Source: Chiloscyllium plagiosum
Taxonomy: Eukaryota
Length of the DNA stretch: 64,000 nt
Assembly (NCBI RefSeq): GCF_004010195.1
Contig: NW_025215340.1
Location: 24,170-88,169, forward strand
Reading direction: 5' to 3'
Part shown: piece after piece, positions 60,176 through 64,000 of the stretch
How the letters are laid out: every line of letters begins with the position of its first letter
Position numbering within the stretch: position 1 is the first letter of the stretch
Position numbers and translations under genes: made by a program
Notes under the pieces: model-generated
Database searches by the model: none
Told to the model about the DNA's origin: nothing
What the model saw: the letters and a program-made list of their open reading frames with translations, nothing else

Positions 60176-63100
60176 ATTTGTGAGCAGAGTAAAAACAAAC
60201 AGGCTAGTTTAAATTGTGCAGAATGCTGACAATTTGTGAGCAGAGTAAAAACAAACAGGCTAGTTTAAATTGTGCAGAATGCTGACAATTTGTGAGCAGA
60301 GTAAAAACAAACAGGCTAGTTTAAATTGTGCAGAATGCTGACAATTTGTGAGCAGAGTAAAAACAAACAGGCTAGTTTAAATTGTGCAGAATGCTGACAA
60401 TTTGTGAGCAGAGTAAAAACAAACAGGCTAGTTTAAATTGTGCAGAATGCTGACAATTTGTGAGCAGAGTAAAAACAAACAGGCTAGTTTAAATTGTGCA
60501 GAATGCTGACAATTTGTGAGCAGAGTAAAAACAAACAGGCTAGTTTAAATTGTGCAGAATGCTGACAATTTGTGAGCAGAGTAAAAACAAACAGGCTAGT
60601 TTAAATTGTGCAGAATGCTGACAATTTGTGAGCAGAGTAAAAACAAACAGGCTAGTTTAAATTGTGCAGAATGCTGACAATTTGTGAGCAGAGTAAAAAC
60701 AAACAGGCTAGTTTAAATTGTGCAGAATGCTGACAATTTGTGAGCAGAGTAAAAACAAACAGGCTAGTTTAAATTGTGCAGAATGCTGACAATTTGTGAG
60801 CAGAGTAAAAACAAACAGGCTAGTTTAAATTGTGCAGAATGCTGACAATTTGTGAGCAGAGTAAAAACAAACAGGCTAGTTTAAATTGTGCAGAATGCTG
60901 ACAATTTGTGAGCAGAGTAAAAACAAACAGGCTAGTTTAAATTGTGCAGAATGCTGACAATTTGTGAGCAGAGTAAAAACAAACAGGCTAGTTTAAATTG
61001 TGCAGAATGCTGACAATTTGTGAGCAGAGTAAAAACAAACAGGCTAGTTTAAATTGTGCAGAATGCTGACAATTTGTGAGCAGAGTAAAAACAAACAGGC
61101 TAGTTTAAATTGTGCAGAATGCTGACAATTTGTGAGCAGAGTAAAAACAAACAGGCTAGTTTAAATTGTGCAGAATGCTGACAATTTGTGAGCAGAGTAA
61201 AAACAAACAGGCTAGTTTAAATTGTGCAGAATGCTGACAATTTGTGAGCAGAGTAAAAACAAACAGGCTAGTTTAAATTGTGCAGAATGCTGACAATTTG
61301 TGAGCAGAGTAAAAACAAACAGGCTAGTTTAAATTGTGCAGAATGCTGACAATTTGTGAGCAGAGTAAAAACAAACAGGCTAGTTTAAATTGTGCAGAAT
61401 GCTGACAATTTGTGAGCAGAGTAAAAACAAACAGGCTAGTTTAAATTGTGCAGAATGCTGACAATTTGTGAGCAGAGTAAAAACAAACAGGCTAGTTTAA
61501 ATTGTGCAGAATGCTGACAATTTGTGAGCAGAGTAAAAACAAACAGGCTAGTTTAAATTGTGCAGAATGCTGACAATTTGTGAGCAGAGTAAAAACAAAC
61601 AGGCTAGTTTAAATTGTGCAGAATGCTGACAATTTGTGAGCAGAGTAAAAACAAACAGGCTAGTTTAAATTGTGCAGAATGCTGACAATTTGTGAGCAGA
61701 GTAAAAACAAACAGGCTAGTTTAAATTGTGCAGAATGCTGACAATTTGTGAGCAGAGTAAAAACAAACAGGCTAGTTTAAATTGTGCAGAATGCTGACAA
61801 TTTGTGAGCAGAGTAAAAACAAACAGGCTAGTTTAAATTGTGCAGAATGCTGACAATTTGTGAGCAGAGTAAAAACAAACAGGCTAGTTTAAATTGTGCA
61901 GAATGCTGACAATTTGTGAGCAGAGTAAAAACAAACAGGCTAGTTTAAATTGTGCAGAATGCTGACAATTTGTGAGCAGAGTAAAAACAAACAGGCTAGT
62001 TTAAATTGTGCAGAATGCTGACAATTTGTGAGCAGAGTAAAAACAAACAGGCTAGTTTAAATTGTGCAGAATGCTGACAATTTGTGAGCAGAGTAAAAAC
62101 AAACAGGCTAGTTTAAATTGTGCAGAATGCTGACAATTTGTGAGCAGAGTAAAAACAAACAGGCTAGTTTAAATTGTGCAGAATGCTGACAATTTGTGAG
62201 CAGAGTAAAAACAAACAGGCTAGTTTAAATTGTGCAGAATGCTGACAATTTGTGAGCAGAGTAAAAACAAACAGGCTAGTTTAAATTGTGCAGAATGCTG
62301 ACAATTTGTGAGCAGAGTAAAAACAAACAGGCTAGTTTAAATTGTGCAGAATGCTGACAATTTGTGAGCAGAGTAAAAACAAACAGGCTAGTTTAAATTG
62401 TGCAGAATGCTGACAATTTGTGAGCAGAGTAAAAACAAACAGGCTAGTTTAAATTGTGCAGAATGCTGACAATTTGTGAGCAGAGTAAAAACAAACAGGC
62501 TAGTTTAAATTGTGCAGAATGCTGACAATTTGTGAGCAGAGTAAAAACAAACAGGCTAGTTTAAATTGTGCAGAATGCTGACAATTTGTGAGCAGAGTAA
62601 AAACAAACAGGCTAGTTTAAATTGTGCAGAATGCTGACAATTTGTGAGCAGAGTAAAAACAAACAGGCTAGTTTAAATTGTGCAGAATGCTGACAATTTG
62701 TGAGCAGAGTAAAAACAAACAGGCTAGTTTAAATTGTGCAGAATGCTGACAATTTGTGAGCAGAGTAAAAACAAACAGGCTAGTTTAAATTGTGCAGAAT
62801 GCTGACAATTTGTGAGCAGAGTAAAAACAAACAGGCTAGTTTAAATTGTGCAGAATGCTGACAATTTGTGAGCAGAGTAAAAACAAACAGGCTAGTTTAA
62901 ATTGTGCAGAATGCTGACAATTTGTGAGCAGAGTAAAAACAAACAGGCTAGTTTAAATTGTGCAGAATGCTGACAATTTGTGAGCAGAGTAAAAACAAAC
63001 AGGCTAGTTTAAATTGTGCAGAATGCTGACAATTTGTGAGCAGAGTAAAAACAAACAGGCTAGTTTAAATTGTGCAGAATGCTGACAATTTGTGAGCAGA

Positions 63101-64000
63101 GTAAAAACAAACAGGCTAGTTTAAATTGTGCAGAATGCTGACAATTTGTGAGCAGAGTAAAAACAAACAGGCTAGTTTAAATTGTGCAGAATGCTGACAA
63201 TTTGTGAGCAGAGTAAAAACAAACAGGCTAGTTTAAATTGTGCAGAATGCTGACAATTTGTGAGCAGAGTAAAAACAAACAGGCTAGTTTAAATTGTGCA
63301 GAATGCTGACAATTTGTGAGCAGAGTAAAAACAAACAGGCTAGTTTAAATTGTGCAGAATGCTGACAATTTGTGAGCAGAGTAAAAACAAACAGGCTAGT
63401 TTAAATTGTGCAGAATGCTGACAATTTGTGAGCAGAGTAAAAACAAACAGGCTAGTTTAAATTGTGCAGAATGCTGACAATTTGTGAGCAGAGTAAAAAC
63501 AAACAGGCTAGTTTAAATTGTGCAGAATGCTGACAATTTGTGAGCAGAGTAAAAACAAACAGGCTAGTTTAAATTGTGCAGAATGCTGACAATTTGTGAG
63601 CAGAGTAAAAACAAACAGGCTAGTTTAAATTGTGCAGAATGCTGACAATTTGTGAGCAGAGTAAAAACAAACAGGCTAGTTTAAATTGTGCAGAATGCTG
63701 ACAATTTGTGAGCAGAGTAAAAACAAACAGGCTAGTTTAAATTGTGCAGAATGCTGACAATTTGTGAGCAGAGTAAAAACAAACAGGCTAGTTTAAATTG
63801 TGCAGAATGCTGACAATTTGTGAGCAGAGTAAAAACAAACAGGCTAGTTTAAATTGTGCAGAATGCTGACAATTTGTGAGCAGAGTAAAAACAAACAGGC
63901 TAGTTTAAATTGTGCAGAATGCTGACAATTTGTGAGCAGAGTAAAAACAAACAGGCTAGTTTAAATTGTGCAGAATGCTGACAATTTGTGAGCAGAGTAA
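60170..64000. repeat. Perfect tandem array, 56-bp unit, at least 68 copies, runs off the window end
   Basis: Unit tgacaatttgtgagcagagtaaaaacaaacaggctagtttaaattgtgcagaatgc; no variant unit seen. A single copy of the unit lies at 59739-59794. Confidence 0.98.

Overview
Repeat-rich vertebrate genomic DNA, most likely from a shark. This is inferred from V-SINE/HE1-like and Deu-domain SINEs, abundant CR1 LINEs and Penelope-like elements. The only host gene found is an intact ketohexokinase (KHK, PfkB-family fructokinase) on the minus strand: 8 coding exons from 53567 down to 8903, a 900-nt CDS and 299 aa, all introns GT-AG with matching phases. Only one intact copy of exon 3 is visible (KHK-C-like), whereas mammalian KHK has mutually exclusive exons 3a and 3c. 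The rest of the window is transposable elements: CR1 copies, a Gmr1-type gypsy element (PR-INT-RT-RH order), a second gypsy family with LTRs, an ERV-like LTR, and many Penelope-derived inserts. Several of these inserts are palindromic, flanked by target-site duplications (TSDs) and carry minimal hammerhead-ribozyme motifs; one landed on the exon 4 splice donor. There are two near-perfect tandem arrays (18 x 110 bp in intron 2; at least 68 x 56 bp derived from the LTR) and two N gaps. Repeat boundaries are approximate and were read by eye.
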